From the NCBI GenBank assembly GCA_003554965.1, contig PWHR01000020.1, forward strand, positions 70,202 through 134,201: DNA of 64,000 bases. The letters run 5' to 3'. A program made the translations under genes and the position numbers. The stretch is from Thermoplasmata archaeon. GTDB taxonomy: Archaea > Thermoplasmatota > Thermoplasmata > Halarchaeoplasmatales > Halarchaeoplasmataceae. Below are positions 48,685 through 59,131 of this stretch, piece after piece; the stretch's first letter is position 1, and the number at the start of each line of letters is the position of its first letter. The notes under the pieces are model-generated. The model saw nothing but the letters and a program-made list of their open reading frames with translations, did not search any database and was not told where the DNA came from.

Positions 48685-49392
48685 ATCAGTAACAAAGATG
48701 AGGAAGATGAAGTGGGAGTGGGCCAAGAGGAGGAGAGGCCTTCTTCTCAGAAACCCATTTTGAGTTTCCGGAGATTCATCTATATATTTCTAGGTTTGTT
48801 GGCATTGATGGTGATGTTCGACGAAAGTACTAGAGATGAGTTCGCTAGAGCCATTGGTATAGTTTTAGAACCTCTTGTTGGTTTTGGGGGAAATTATCCT
48901 ATTCTGACTTTGATGGGTGCGGGGATAATCATGATCACCATATCTACGGTGATCAGAGATCAGTTCATGGATTGGGTGGATATGGCCGAGAATCAAAAGA
49001 TCAGCAGTAAATTTCGAAAAGAACTGATGGAAGCTAAGAGAGCCAATAAGCATACAAAAGTCAAAAAGATGGAGGAGAAACAAGAAGAGATATCGAAGAT
49101 GTCCATGGCCTCGTTCAAACCTCAGCTTAAATCCATGGCTATCACCATGATCATCGTAATCTCTATTTTTGGATGGATCTGGCTTTTCCTAGAGGATATC
49201 CCAAGTGTATCATATTCTGTTCCTTGGGCTCTTAATGCTCAACTTACTAATCAGATAGCAGACTGGTGTTTCGTACCTTTCCCTCAGTGGATCGCTGTGA
49301 AGATGCTCATCAGCCTACCGTTCACTCAAGTCTTGATGGTTGTATTGAAGATGTATGACTTCAATAAACGGCTCAAGGAGGGAGAGACGTAA
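48685..49392 (+). CDS. DUF106 / EMC3-TMCO1 (Oxa1-superfamily) membrane protein
   Basis: TM, coiled coil, KP......I.I..F.W pattern; canonical position after secY. Start is either GTG 48712 or SD-supported ATC 48685. Confidence 0.82.
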   Translation: MSNKDEEDEVGVGQEEERPSSQKPILSFRRFIYIFLGLLALMVMFDESTRDEFARAIGIVLEPLVGFGGNYPILTLMGAGIIMITISTVIRDQFMDWVDMAENQKISSKFRKELMEAKRANKHTKVKKMEEKQEEISKMSMASFKPQLKSMAITMIIVISIFGWIWLFLEDIPSVSYSVPWALNAQLTNQIADWCFVPFPQWIAVKMLISLPFTQVLMVVLKMYDFNKRLKEGET

Positions 49393-49418
49393 CTTCTTTA
49401 AAGGTTTTTAATGAGGCC

Positions 49419-49955
49419 ATTATAACTATCAGTGGTCTTCCCGGCAGTGGAACATCTACGGCTGCGAAAAGATTGGCCGGTACTACAGGCATGGAGATCC
49501 TTTCTTCTGGAGAAGTTTTCAGGGATATGGCAAGAGAAAGTGACATGTCATTGGAGGAGTTTAGTCAACTCGCCGAAAAGGATGATGAGATCGATAAAAA
49601 GCTGGACAAAACCATGATCGATAGAGCTTCAAAAGGTATGATCCTCGAAGGTAGATTGACTGGACACCTACTCCACAGATCAGATAAAAGAGCATACAAG
49701 GTGTGGATAGATGCACCATTGGATGTAAGGGTCAAAAGGATAGCCGATAGAGAAGATCATCAAGACATCGAAAAGTTGAAGGAAAAAGTCATATCGAGGG
49801 AAAAGAGTGAAGCAAAACGGTACAAAGAATATTACGATATAGATATATCAGATACTTCTTTTTATGATATGATCATCGACTCCGTTGAGAACAGTCCAGA
49901 AGAGATAGTAGATAAGATCGTGGAAGGTGTAAGGGATGAAATATGTGAAAGATGA
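49419..49955 (+). CDS. cmk: Cytidylate kinase (archaeal type); start codon anomalous
   Basis: In-frame IITISGLPGSGTST P-loop lies upstream of the listed ORF; SSGEVFR, EGRL and R...YY.ID motifs follow. Confidence 0.9.
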   Translation: MITISGLPGSGTSTAAKRLAGTTGMEILSSGEVFRDMARESDMSLEEFSQLAEKDDEIDKKLDKTMIDRASKGMILEGRLTGHLLHRSDKRAYKVWIDAPLDVRVKRIADREDHQDIEKLKEKVISREKSEAKRYKEYYDIDISDTSFYDMIIDSVENSPEEIVDKIVEGVRDEICER

Positions 49956-50880
49956 AACTAACACCATCTCCAAATGGGGGGACTTTCCTTCAGAAAGAGA
50001 TTTGGGAGACGCTATAACCCGTTCTCTTCTGATAATAGATAAGCCAGAAGGGCCTTCAAGTCATCAGGTTTCCGCCTGGATAAAAAAAATATTCGATGAA
50101 AAAGCGGCTCACAGCGGTACACTTGATCCAAATGTTACGGGGGTACTGCCCTGTGGCATAGGTCACAGTGTGAGGATTTTGGATCTTCTTCATTCGGTTC
50201 CAAAGGAATATATCGCTGCGATGAAGTTCCATGGAAACGTAGATCGAAAAGAAGTTGAAGAGTTACTAGAAGAATTTACCGGTGAGATATATCAGACACC
50301 ACCTGTTAGATCAGGCGTGAAGAGAGAAAGGAGATCAAGAGTCATATATGATATAGAGCTGCTTGATTCAAAAAAGAGAGAGTATCTGATGAAAGTAAGA
50401 TGTGAATCTGGTACATACATCAGGACTTTATGCAAGGACATAGGCAAAGCCATGGGTCCAGGAGGCCACATGATGGAGTTGAGAAGGACCGAAGCAGGTG
50501 GTTTCAGAGAGAAGGACTCGGTGTACCTTCAGGATGCGAAGGACGCTTTTGAGTATCACAAAAAGGGAAAAGATGAGAGATTGAAAGATATATTGTTACC
50601 CTATGAAAGAGCTCTCGATATATTTCCCAAGATCAGGGTGAGAGATACCGCGGCTGGATCCATACTGAACGGAGCCGATCTTGCAGTTCCCGGAATATTA
50701 GAGATGGATACATTCAGTGAGCGAGATATGGTAGCTATAATTTCCGCAAAAGGCGAAGGATTAGCAGTCGGAGAAGCTCTAGATAAGGCCGAAAATATCA
50801 TGGAAAAAGAAAAAGGACTCGTCGTCAAGACAGAAAGGGTGTTCTCACCATCGGGAGAATATCCAAAGGCGTGGAAATGA
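49936..50880 (+). CDS. cbf5: H/ACA pseudouridine synthase Cbf5 (TruB family)
   Basis: DKPEGPSSHQV, HSGTLDP.VTGVL, YQ.PP.RS.V, GTYIR and PUA domain. Confidence 0.95.
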   Translation: MKYVKDETNTISKWGDFPSERDLGDAITRSLLIIDKPEGPSSHQVSAWIKKIFDEKAAHSGTLDPNVTGVLPCGIGHSVRILDLLHSVPKEYIAAMKFHGNVDRKEVEELLEEFTGEIYQTPPVRSGVKRERRSRVIYDIELLDSKKREYLMKVRCESGTYIRTLCKDIGKAMGPGGHMMELRRTEAGGFREKDSVYLQDAKDAFEYHKKGKDERLKDILLPYERALDIFPKIRVRDTAAGSILNGADLAVPGILEMDTFSERDMVAIISAKGEGLAVGEALDKAENIMEKEKGLVVKTERVFSPSGEYPKAWK

Positions 50881-50919
50881 ATTATATATCTCCTTTCTTT
50901 ACTCTTAGATAATTTATAT

Positions 50920-51004
50920 GCCGAGATAGCCTAGCCCGGCACGGCGCGAGATTGGAGATCTCGTGGTGCTCTGCACCACAGGGGTTCAAATCCCCTTCTC
51001 GGCG
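50920..51004 (+). tRNA. tRNA-Ser(GGA)
   Basis: Acceptor GCCGAGA/TCTCGGC, anticodon arm CGAGA-TTGGAGA-TCTCG, long variable arm GGTGC/GCACC, GGTTCAAATCC T-arm, G discriminator; CCA not encoded. Confidence 0.95.
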
Positions 51005-51007
51005 CTA

Positions 51008-51014
51008 TTTTTTT
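51008..51014 (+). terminator. Oligo-T archaeal terminator after the tRNA
   Basis: T7 tract 3 nt after the tRNA 3' end. Confidence 0.55.
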
Positions 51015-51078
51015 ATTGATTAAGGAAGAGTAAAAAAGAAAAGAAAAATATGAAATCTGTTCTTTCGTCTACCTCTCG

Positions 51079-52119
51079 TCATTCGGCTTCTTCCATACGC
51101 CTCTCAGCATATATGTCGGCAGCCTTCAGAGGTGTTATGTCTTTCTCTTTCGCTTCCTCGAACATCTGGAATAGCCTGTTCTCTATCTTTTCCGCGTCCT
51201 TTTTCGCCTTTTCAAGTGTATTACCCTGCAGTTCATTGTAGACAGCTAAAAGACCACCAGCATTTATCACATAATCCGGCGCGTAAATTATTCCTTTTTC
51301 TTTCAATTCCTCTGCATGCTCCCTTCTCTCCAATTGATTATTAGCGGCTCCGGCGATGATATCTGCTTTCAATTCATCTATAGTTTCATCGTTTATCACA
51401 CCGCCCAATGCGCATGGAGCGAAAACATCACACTCTTCGGAGTAAACATCTTCTATATCAACGGGTTCAACGCCTTTTTCAACCATCATCTCTAAGGCTT
51501 CTTCGTCAACATCGCTTCCTTTCACGTTTGCTCCGTCCTCTAAGAGCATTTCAGCCAATGTCTGACCAACTTTACCTAATCCTTGAATAAGGACCGTTAG
51601 ACCTTCTAAATTATCAGCGTCATAATCCTCATGCTCCTTCAAAGAAGCAATTATACCATGATATACTCCTTTAGCTGTTATCGGTGAAGGATCACCAAGA
51701 CCTTCCTCAAGACCAACAACGTGGTCGGTGTGCCGGGAAACTATAGCCATGTCTTTAGTTACGGTGTTTACATCTTCAGCCGTTATATATTTCCCGTCAA
51801 GTTCGTCTACCGCCTTTCCATATTCATCGAACAGTTCCTCCCCCTTCTCTTCGGGATCAGCCATTATGACCGCTTTGCCTCCACCTAGCGGGAGGTCTGC
51901 AGCGGCCGCTTTATAGGCCATACCTTTTGCTAGTCTTTTGACGTCCTCGAGTGCATCTTCTTCAGTATCATAATTCCAAAGTCTAGTCCCACCAAGTGCT
52001 GGACCCAAAGAGGTATCGTAGATCGCTATTATAGCGATATTTTCTTTCTCGGGAGATACCTCCAAATGCGCTTTGTACACGGCCTCATAGTCTTCGACAT
52101 CGATTTTTTCGATCCTCAT
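51079..52119 (-). CDS. Leu/Phe/Val dehydrogenase
   Basis: GPALGGTR, GM.YK, GGGKAVI, ITAEDV, GDPS..TA.GV, QGLGKVG, GAANNQL and PDYVINAGG motifs. Confidence 0.93.
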   Translation of the reverse strand: MRIEKIDVEDYEAVYKAHLEVSPEKENIAIIAIYDTSLGPALGGTRLWNYDTEEDALEDVKRLAKGMAYKAAAADLPLGGGKAVIMADPEEKGEELFDEYGKAVDELDGKYITAEDVNTVTKDMAIVSRHTDHVVGLEEGLGDPSPITAKGVYHGIIASLKEHEDYDADNLEGLTVLIQGLGKVGQTLAEMLLEDGANVKGSDVDEEALEMMVEKGVEPVDIEDVYSEECDVFAPCALGGVINDETIDELKADIIAGAANNQLERREHAEELKEKGIIYAPDYVINAGGLLAVYNELQGNTLEKAKKDAEKIENRLFQMFEEAKEKDITPLKAADIYAERRMEEAE

Positions 52120-52200
52120 ATTAAAACCTCCATTCAGTCTGCTCCAATTATTGCAAATATTTATATTTTCGGCCTAGTTTTCGTCCCGTGATAAAGCATC

Positions 52201-53703
52201 TCAACCGAAGAATTCTAACTTCTTTTTACTACCTCTTTCATCTTCAACTAGATCTTCGAACAGATCTATTTTTATCGGGACTGCAAATTTCGTGAAAATA
52301 CTGCTGACTATCGCTTCTCCTTTATCTAAACTAGCGATATTTTTACTGTCTTTCGAGAGGTCTTGGGCCGCGCTGCCTATGATAGCGTCTCTTTCACTCT
52401 TCATCTCGTTACCAAGTATGATCTTAGTATTCATATTAGCAAGTATCTCTCTCGGGATCATGCTAGAAAGCTGAGTGATCGCTATCAAACCCACCCTGAA
52501 TTTCCTACCCTCTCTTGCGATCTGGTGGAAAACATTCCTCCCAGCTCTCTCACCAAGAACCCTAGGAGCTTCTTCAATTACTATAGCCGCTGTAGGTTTA
52601 TCCTCTAATTCTCCTTTCTCTTTATAGGACTTATAATTCTTAAAAATCCTATCAGTTATGATGCCCGCTATCAGCAACTCTTTATCTTCTGGTAAAGAAC
52701 TAGTGTCTAGTATCACCTTTTTACCATCTTCGATTGATTTGGCGATGTCCCTTACCAGTGCTTCTGAGCCTTTATTCACGAATATATTGCCGTTAGGTCT
52801 AACTTCTTCATTCTTAACAGAAATATCAAATGCCAATCTCAATTTACGTTTCAGAGCGCTCAAAGTAGTTTCTCTAACTCCGTGAGAATCCGCTTCCTCT
52901 AGTGATGACGTCAAAAGATTTTCCAACCAATTTTTCCCGTATTTTCCATAATACACGTAAAGGGCCTGATTTTGAGCCTCGGTAATATCTACTATGCCTC
53001 TCAAGTCCCAAGGTCTCAAGATAGAAAGGTTGATCCTCAGGTGGTAACCTCCAGACGGAGGATCAGTAGAATAATATTCGATATTTTTTCCGGCTTCAGG
53101 ATGATCTTTTGCTCCCTTTTCATTCCTCCCATAGTATTCATCATGGGGATCTATTATGAGGAGGCCTGCGTAACCCTTTGGTATCAGATTCCAAAGCATC
53201 ACTTTTACTAGATTACTCTTACCTCTTCCCGTGGTTGCGGGGATCAATATGTGATGGGAAAGGGCTTCTTTACCGTTTATATGTATTGGGACCTCCAATA
53301 CTTGGCTTCCGCTTCTAACTTTTCCCAAGTATAGGCTGTCCTGGGGATCGTCCAAAAATTCAAAATCTTCTTTATTTACGCGCTCCAGATTTCCAAAAAA
53401 AGGAGGTAGAATTTTAGGTATACGAGGAGCTCCATCTTTTATCCTCACTAGAGGTTTAGCTTTTGCATAAATGTAATTTCTGATCTCTTCTTCCATCAGA
53501 GCTGTTTCTTCATAGCCCTCTAATTCCATCCCGCTCATCCTCTCTATATCGTTCTTCTCCAACAGAGATCCGTATTCTAAATCCAGTACCTGAAGGATAA
53601 GATCATCTATGGCTAAAAGATCACCTATCTCGATGGTCCTGCCGCTCTTCTGCCGGATAAGAACTTCTCCATATTCTCCACCAACTATCTGACCTATAGG
53701 CAT
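52201..53703 (-). CDS. herA: HerA-family helicase/ATPase
   Basis: N-terminal HAS barrel, Walker [20 protein letters not shown] and [14 protein letters not shown] motifs. Confidence 0.88.
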   Translation of the reverse strand: MPIGQIVGGEYGEVLIRQKSGRTIEIGDLLAIDDLILQVLDLEYGSLLEKNDIERMSGMELEGYEETALMEEEIRNYIYAKAKPLVRIKDGAPRIPKILPPFFGNLERVNKEDFEFLDDPQDSLYLGKVRSGSQVLEVPIHINGKEALSHHILIPATTGRGKSNLVKVMLWNLIPKGYAGLLIIDPHDEYYGRNEKGAKDHPEAGKNIEYYSTDPPSGGYHLRINLSILRPWDLRGIVDITEAQNQALYVYYGKYGKNWLENLLTSSLEEADSHGVRETTLSALKRKLRLAFDISVKNEEVRPNGNIFVNKGSEALVRDIAKSIEDGKKVILDTSSLPEDKELLIAGIITDRIFKNYKSYKEKGELEDKPTAAIVIEEAPRVLGERAGRNVFHQIAREGRKFRVGLIAITQLSSMIPREILANMNTKIILGNEMKSERDAIIGSAAQDLSKDSKNIASLDKGEAIVSSIFTKFAVPIKIDLFEDLVEDERGSKKKLEFFG

Positions 53704-53720
53704 TTTATCTTCTCCTATTT

Positions 53721-54758
53721 TTATAATTCACTCAATCTTTCATGGGCATTTAGAGAGTTGACTTTGTACTTGAAAGAATCACTCATAACGTTATCCCCCA
53801 TGTTTCTGATATATTCGACCTCTTCGTCCGTGACCCTGGCCTTTTTGTCCGCATCGATCAGACCATAGGGATATCCTAAAAAGACCGGGTCACGGGATTG
53901 GAAAGCAAGATGACCCAAAACTTTCCCTATCTCTTCTTGGCTCATCTGATCATGGTTCTCTCTGTAAAATTCAGTCCTGAATGCATATCCCGATGAAGGA
54001 TGATATCTCACCACGTACATCTCTCCTTTATGGTCTGGATGAGAGTTATCGGCTATCGGATGATAATACCATCGTTCAGAGTTCATATCAGTTCCGTCTA
54101 CCATCGACTGAATAGAGGAGAGCAAGGGATATCCTGTGGTAGTTCTCAGTGAACTCGTTTTGGCCAATCCCATCAATATCACGTCATTTTCTTCTACGGA
54201 TCTGTATGCTCTTTCAGCGAGCTTTCTTTCCCTCTCCACCGAGGTCTGGAGTACACCATCTCTTACGACGATGTCCTCTGGACCTAGAAAATCCTCGGCA
54301 ACGTACTCAAGAGCTTCCCACTCTAGGTATTTCCTGATCGTATGGCCTGAAGTTATCGGATTTTCCTCCAATTCCTCATCTTTAAGAACGTAAGCAGTGC
54401 TTTGGAGCGGTAAAACATCGTTCTGAGGTTTTAATTCGCATTTTACCTCTCCATCTTCATATCTAGATACCAGTATCGTGGTGAAGGGATCGAAATTTTT
54501 CACTCTCTTTTTTCCCGAGAACAGATTGAAATAAACTTTTATCAGATGTATGCTGTCGGTAGGGGTCTCATATATCTTATTGTTCCCTCCATCTATGCAA
54601 CATACGATACTTTCATCCTCGATCATGTCGAAACTTTCTAGATTCTCTTCGGCCAATGGATAAGTTTCATAGTACTGATCCTGGCTGAAAAAAGGTTCAC
54701 CCCATTCTTCTGGAACCTCTGACAGGTCCTCCATGGCTTCGTATAAGTCTTCGAGCAT
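53721..54758 (-). CDS. nurA: NurA-family nuclease
   Basis: IDGG, RDG.L, GLAKTS and GYPYGL..AD..ARV motifs; directly upstream of herA. Confidence 0.85.
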   Translation of the reverse strand: MLEDLYEAMEDLSEVPEEWGEPFFSQDQYYETYPLAEENLESFDMIEDESIVCCIDGGNNKIYETPTDSIHLIKVYFNLFSGKKRVKNFDPFTTILVSRYEDGEVKCELKPQNDVLPLQSTAYVLKDEELEENPITSGHTIRKYLEWEALEYVAEDFLGPEDIVVRDGVLQTSVERERKLAERAYRSVEENDVILMGLAKTSSLRTTTGYPLLSSIQSMVDGTDMNSERWYYHPIADNSHPDHKGEMYVVRYHPSSGYAFRTEFYRENHDQMSQEEIGKVLGHLAFQSRDPVFLGYPYGLIDADKKARVTDEEVEYIRNMGDNVMSDSFKYKVNSLNAHERLSEL

Positions 54759-54886
54759 CTTTTTTGTGATTTCAGAACCTTTACTTAAAGGTTGAGAACA
54801 GAGACTTAGTTGAAAGTTGTCATATCTCCTACTTTCACCACACCCCTCTCTTTAATTTTATATCGACGAAAACTCCTTGGTAGATA

Positions 54887-55912
54887 ATGGACTCTATCGA
54901 AAATAGATGCCTCATGGATCTATTGAACATCACCCAAAAGCATGATGATTGGTATCTATGGTACGGCATCACCCGAAGAAGAAAAGATAGTTTAGCTAGA
55001 TGTCCTTCACATCCTGGGAGTTTTTTTCACGCTCGAAACGAGTTCCCTCTTACACTTTTTATGCTCGGAAATATCGATCGTTGGAAGCAGGTCGATAATC
55101 TTCCTGAGAAACCTAGGAAAAATGATGACAACTCTTCTTTATCAAGATCTTTTTTCAAAAGAGAACGGAACTATTTTATAGACACTGAAGAGAATAATCT
55201 AGAGACTTCTCTTTGGGCATCTCCTTATATTTCGAAAAAAATAGGTCTGAAAAAAGAACCATCTAAAGAACCTCTACTTCTTTTCGAACTCGAAGGTGCG
55301 AGTCTAGCCCTACATCGAGAGAACAGAGAAAGCAGAAACAGTATCTCCTTTTTAGATGTATCAGATAAAAGAAGATGGGTACGATATGATGCTGTGCTGA
55401 TGTTTCCATCTGAAAAGCTTTTTGTCTTTTTTGAAGCAAAACACAGGGCTGACACGGATATGACTAGAAAAGATCCCGCAAAAGTGGGTCAGATAGTGAA
55501 AGGTTTGGAATCTGCCTACCTTTTGACAGAGCATGAAGATAGTGTGTATTGTGATTGGGATTTTCAGTACGTGGTCATCTTCCCTAAGATCCTAGATGAA
55601 TATGGGTTGACGAGTTATAGAAACGTAGTCGATGATCTAGGTGAACATCTGGTTAGGTACAACGATCTACTGAATAAAGTTTCGAAAGAAGACATCAACG
55701 AAAAAACCTATCCTGATTATTTCGGTAACTTTGTCAAAAAAGCTACAAAAAGAGTTTCTAAACTCTATTGGAATGAGTTAGGAGAGGCTTTAAAGATAGA
55801 AGATGAAAACTTTTTAGAAAGTTACTTTAAAAGATTAGAAAAGCTGAATCTTTCTATCAAAAGAGTGAAAAACATTCAAAGAAAACTTAGAGAAGTAGGG
55901 ATTAAACCTTGA
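54887..55912 (+). CDS. Hypothetical protein with a possible PD-(D/E)XK nuclease motif
   Basis: 341-aa ORF containing YDAVL.......FVFFEAK....D........Q; no family recognised. Confidence 0.5.
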   Translation: MDSIENRCLMDLLNITQKHDDWYLWYGITRRRKDSLARCPSHPGSFFHARNEFPLTLFMLGNIDRWKQVDNLPEKPRKNDDNSSLSRSFFKRERNYFIDTEENNLETSLWASPYISKKIGLKKEPSKEPLLLFELEGASLALHRENRESRNSISFLDVSDKRRWVRYDAVLMFPSEKLFVFFEAKHRADTDMTRKDPAKVGQIVKGLESAYLLTEHEDSVYCDWDFQYVVIFPKILDEYGLTSYRNVVDDLGEHLVRYNDLLNKVSKEDINEKTYPDYFGNFVKKATKRVSKLYWNELGEALKIEDENFLESYFKRLEKLNLSIKRVKNIQRKLREVGIKP

Positions 55913-55954
55913 AGATATTTGTTAGGGAGATCTCCAATCCATCTTCCTACTCTT

Positions 55955-57274
55955 TCAATCCTTCTTCTCTAATATCTCTATCACTTTCATATCAATAAAA
56001 GCCATCTCGTCTGATATCTTACCTATATTTTCTAGAGTTTCTTCAGCGGTCTTCCCGATTATGCCGTTATCATACGGTACCTTCAAACCCTTCAGTGCCA
56101 TCAGGCTGCTTTCCACGGCTTCACCCGCTGCCGTCGAGATCTTGAGCGCGCAGCCCTCCTTAGCTCCATCACATATCATACCGGTCACGTTCCCCGCAAG
56201 TATATTTATCGAATCTTTGATCTCTTCTGCTTTACCTCCCATCAGATAAGTGATGCCTGCCGCGGTTCCCATTCCGGCTTTTACTGAACAGCCACATAGT
56301 GCCGATAGATAGCTCGATCTTTCAGTTGAGAATTTGGTTACCTGATGTGCCAGCATAGCAGCCTCAGCCATCCTTCTTTTGCTGTACCCTTTTTCTTTAC
56401 CAACAACTCCTATCGGGACAAGGACTGTTATACCTTGATTTCCAGATCCCGATGTACTCATCACTGACTCATCTATCCCACCCATCCTAGCATCGGCAGC
56501 AGCCGCGGTTTTCATCTTAACCTTGTTTATGAGGTCATCAGAGAGTTCCCCGCTATCCATCATCTGTTTAATTTTTTTACCCACCTCGATACCGTATTTC
56601 TCTTGAAGGCCTATATCCGCCAATCTAGTGTTCATCTCTATTCCTTCATACACCCTTTTCTCCACTTTTTCATCTATATTTTTAGCCACCTCAACCATCT
56701 CCTCAATGGTCTCAGGTACTTTTACACCGTCTTCATCTCTCTCCATGGAATCATCTTTATAGAGTATCTTCCCGTTCACCTCTATGGAGTAAATGTGGTC
56801 ATGAAACTTTTTCAGTCTAACATTAGACTTATTAATCTCGTCTTCCTCTTCATACTCTAGTTCCACCTCGATATCGAACTCTGATTTGTCCTTTACTTCA
56901 ACCACGCTTATCTTGTTTGATTCTTTTATCTTTCTTGCATCCTTCAATAATTCATCGTTGACATCTTTGAATAGATCCAGTTCGTTTTCTGGGTCTAGAT
57001 AAACTCCCATCGCCGCCGAGATATCTACTCCCTTCTCTCCATCAGTTCCCGGAACAGGGATAGAGAATGCATTTTTGTAAACACCTTTCCCGATACGGAG
57101 TTTGATCGCCTTCAGAGGATCAGGCCCTGTTCGTGGTACTTCTCCTGTCGATCTATCTGGCAGATTTCCGAAGATAGAATTGTATGCAAGGGATACAGCG
57201 TAACCTATAGCTACAGGTTCCGTACAACCTGTCGCTGGCTTCACGTTCTCATCAAGAAATCTTTCGGTGTTCAT
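55955..57274 (-). CDS. L-cysteine desulfidase / serine dehydratase alpha-like (YhaM/UPF0597 family)
   Basis: PATGCTEP, ADARM.G, SGSGNQG, SALCGC and GMICDGAK.GCALK motifs. Confidence 0.88.
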   Translation of the reverse strand: MNTERFLDENVKPATGCTEPVAIGYAVSLAYNSIFGNLPDRSTGEVPRTGPDPLKAIKLRIGKGVYKNAFSIPVPGTDGEKGVDISAAMGVYLDPENELDLFKDVNDELLKDARKIKESNKISVVEVKDKSEFDIEVELEYEEEDEINKSNVRLKKFHDHIYSIEVNGKILYKDDSMERDEDGVKVPETIEEMVEVAKNIDEKVEKRVYEGIEMNTRLADIGLQEKYGIEVGKKIKQMMDSGELSDDLINKVKMKTAAAADARMGGIDESVMSTSGSGNQGITVLVPIGVVGKEKGYSKRRMAEAAMLAHQVTKFSTERSSYLSALCGCSVKAGMGTAAGITYLMGGKAEEIKDSINILAGNVTGMICDGAKEGCALKISTAAGEAVESSLMALKGLKVPYDNGIIGKTAEETLENIGKISDEMAFIDMKVIEILEKKD

Positions 57275-57398
57275 AGGTAGTGGAAAAGAGAGTATTTATA
57301 AATAATTAACTTCATAATTCTATTTACCTCACCGTATCTAAAAGACTTTTTAAACAATGTTTTTAATATACATCATTGAAAGGGAGAAGAAGATAATC

Positions 57399-59030
57399 AT
57401 GGATATGATCTGGTCTATGGAAAAACCAGACAATGAGATCGACAAAATATCAGGATATGAACCTGGATCTGAGGAAAGGAAGGATCTGAAAAAAGAACTT
57501 GAAAAGATAAAGGATGAGACTTTGGAGATCCCTTTGATAATAGATGGAGAAGAAGTGAAGACCGATCGAACTCGAGAGATAGTTTGTCCACATGATCACG
57601 ATAATGTCATCGCAAGGGTTCACCTGGCAGGAGAAGAAGAGTTAAAGAGGGCTAAAGACGCTGCACTGGATGCGCACGAAAGATGGTCAAAACTTAATTG
57701 GTACCACCGTGCTGCAGCCTTCAGAAAGAGCGCAGATCTTTTAGCTGGACCTAGAAGACTCAGAAATATAGCTGTGATAATGATGAACCATTCAAAAAAT
57801 CCCTATGAAGCTGAGATCGATCTTGCTGAGCTCATAGATTTTTGGAGGATCAACGCATATTACATGAAATTCATATACGAACAACAGCCTGAGCAATCTG
57901 AAGGAGAGTTGAATCGACTAGATTGGAGACCCTTAGAGGGATTTGTTCTTGCTATACCTCCTTTCAACTTTTATTCCATCGCGGGAAATCTTCCCACTTC
58001 ACCAGCGATAGTGGGTAATACTGTGCTTTGGAAGCCGTCACTGAACGTTTCCATGTCTAATTATGAAATCATGAAGGTTATGATGGAAGCAGGTCTTATG
58101 GACGGGGCGGTAAATTTCATACCATTCCAGAGTGAAAAATCAGATATTATTCTGGAAGATGAGAGGTTAGCAGGACTGCATTTCACCGGGAGCTATCAAA
58201 CCCTGACTTTATTATGGGAAAAGATCTACTCTAATATCAAAAACTACAATACTTTTCCGAAGATCGTAGGTGAAGCTGGCGGAAAGGACTTCTTGTTCAT
58301 ACACGAGTCCGCCGATATACACAATGCCGCTATAAATATAATAAGAGGGGGTTTCGGGTATCAAGGGCAGAAATGTTCAGCCGCCTCTAGAGTTTACTGT
58401 CCAGAAAATAGATGGGATGACCTCAAAGCTATTTTACTTGAAGAGATAGAAAAAGTCGGTTACGGCCCTGTGGACAAAATGGAAGATTTCATGGGGGCCG
58501 TGATAGATGAACAAGCTTTTGATAAAATCAAAAGCTACATCGAATACGCGGAAAAAAATCCGGAGGAATACGAGATCCTTTACGGTGGTAATTTTGACAA
58601 ATCTGAAGGATGGTTCATACAACCAACCTTGATAAGATCCTCCGAACCGAAGGGAAAGTTGATGTCTGAAGAGATATTTGGACCTGTGATCACCATGTAC
58701 GTTTATGAGCAGGATAGGTATGAAGAGACTTTAGAGCTGTGTGATGAAACATCACCATATGGTCTGACCGGTTCCATATTCGCCAAAGATCAGGAGGCTA
58801 TACATTTAGCGGAAGAAAAATTGAGGTATTCTGCCGGTAATTTCTATATAAACGATAAACCCACTGGTGCTGTGGTCGGCAGACAGCCATTTGGTGGAGG
58901 TAGGGCATCCGGCACCAATGATAAAGCGGGCCACTGGGTGAATCTACTCCAATGGCTGACTCCTCGATCGATTAAAGAGACCATACTTCCCGCAGATGAT
59001 TGGAAAAGGAATTTTATGGAAAAGATATAA
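57399..59030 (+). CDS. pruA: L-glutamate gamma-semialdehyde (1-pyrroline-5-carboxylate) dehydrogenase
   Basis: EAEID..ELIDFWR, PFNF, HFTGS, GEAGGK, YQGQKCSA.SR, EEIFGP and QPFGG.RASGTNDKAG. Start uncertain within 57399-57417. Confidence 0.92.
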   Translation: MDMIWSMEKPDNEIDKISGYEPGSEERKDLKKELEKIKDETLEIPLIIDGEEVKTDRTREIVCPHDHDNVIARVHLAGEEELKRAKDAALDAHERWSKLNWYHRAAAFRKSADLLAGPRRLRNIAVIMMNHSKNPYEAEIDLAELIDFWRINAYYMKFIYEQQPEQSEGELNRLDWRPLEGFVLAIPPFNFYSIAGNLPTSPAIVGNTVLWKPSLNVSMSNYEIMKVMMEAGLMDGAVNFIPFQSEKSDIILEDERLAGLHFTGSYQTLTLLWEKIYSNIKNYNTFPKIVGEAGGKDFLFIHESADIHNAAINIIRGGFGYQGQKCSAASRVYCPENRWDDLKAILLEEIEKVGYGPVDKMEDFMGAVIDEQAFDKIKSYIEYAEKNPEEYEILYGGNFDKSEGWFIQPTLIRSSEPKGKLMSEEIFGPVITMYVYEQDRYEETLELCDETSPYGLTGSIFAKDQEAIHLAEEKLRYSAGNFYINDKPTGAVVGRQPFGGGRASGTNDKAGHWVNLLQWLTPRSIKETILPADDWKRNFMEKI

Positions 59031-59131
59031 CTGAATAGTCGAGAAAAGAGTGACATCCCTTCAATTATCTTTCCTCTATTAACATCGTAAACAATAATAG
59101 GTAGAGTTCTATTTCCTTATCCGATGATAAA

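Noticed and set aside
50920..55950. Integrated element at tRNA-Ser
   Set aside because: No integrase and no visible duplicate of the tRNA 3' end; the next gene is a housekeeping-type dehydrogenase.
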